DNA of 64,000 bases, taken from contig NMRA01000020.1 of NCBI GenBank assembly GCA_002633005.1, positions 702,803 to 766,802 of the forward strand, in the 5' to 3' direction. Below are positions 63,265 through 64,000 of the stretch, piece by piece. A program made the position numbers and the translations under genes. Position 1 is the stretch's first letter; the number at the start of each line of letters is the position of its first letter. The notes beneath the pieces are model-generated. The model saw nothing but the letters and a program-made list of their open reading frames with translations. It ran no database searches and was not told where the DNA came from. This DNA is from Phoronis australis (lineage: Eukaryota; Animalia; Phoronida).

Positions 63265-64000
63265 TTTTGACTTTATTGCATATACTTCGAGACCATTGGC
63301 CCATAGTACAACAAATATGCGAAGCATATGCGATACATACATAAAATAAAATGAAAGTAACCAGAGGAGCAAAACAAGAAATAGAAATTTATCAACGATT
63401 ACAGGAACCTACAGCTTTCTATCTTAAAAGAAAACAATAGTAAACAATTTCACTAATGTAGCTTATACATTTTCATCACAGCTTGTTAATAACCTTTTAA
63501 ACTGCTGGCGTTTGGTTCACATCTGAACTCCGATGCGATAAATACATTACTTAGATTCAAATGCAGCGTGCAAATACATCTACAATGAAAGTCGTGTTCT
63601 ATATTTTTCAGTACAAAATGGGCAAAATTGAAAATGTCGGTCATTATGAATGTGTCGTCCAGATCCAATAGCTAATTTACGATATTATAATCTGAGAACG
63701 GTAGTAGTGTCATAGCACGAATAAGTACAGATAGTAAACCCAGTGCTAAATAACGTTCAAAACTAAAATCTAACCTGATTACAGAGTATGTTTCAATCTT
63801 TGTACTATTATTAATATCCCACTGCCACTCTTGCAAATAACAGTCCTTCAATATTTCTTCCAAAAGTACAAGAAAAAATTTTGTAACAACCAATACCTTG
63901 TTGGAACCGCACTACTCCAAAACCGGCATAACGTCAAAGTAACAATCCAATTGCTCACTCTCGTGTAACTTTACCAACACTATCTAACTCAAAAAGCATG
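63265..64000 (-). mobile_element. Degraded RTE-X-like LINE 3' end
   Basis: GFGVV.FQQGIG, LKDCYLQEWQWDINNSTKIETY..FSFERYL, IEHDFH..IC; 3' UTR with AATAAA at 63277-63272. Confidence 0.7.

Overview
Eukaryotic (metazoan, probably marine-invertebrate) genomic DNA from a draft assembly, roughly 39% GC by eye, with one 108-N gap and four single-N joins. Three host genes are supported. (1) An intronless PDE10-like GAF-GAF-phosphodiesterase (4239-6770, +). (2,3) A divergently oriented pair of paralogous spliced genes that the ORF track shows only as fragments. Gene A (- strand, 5 coding exons, 36002->12527) encodes 281 aa. Gene B (+ strand, 4 coding exons, 53633->61111) encodes 290 aa. Both encode a signal peptide and a Cys-conserved, beta-rich secreted protein that I cannot assign to a known family. 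This pair is the main candidate novel system. The rest is mostly transposons: an intact Mag-clade Gypsy LTR element with identical LTRs, nested in a CR1-group LINE whose ORF2 starts with a 2A StopGo motif; a TG..CA TIR element with a 6-bp TSD; Kolobok elements (one with KolX/P2X7-ballast and THAP-transposase remnants); RTE-X-like, Tx1, CR1 and BEL/Pao relics; MITEs and satellites. All gene models were assembled by hand from splice signals, phase consistency and paralog alignment; no database searches were run.
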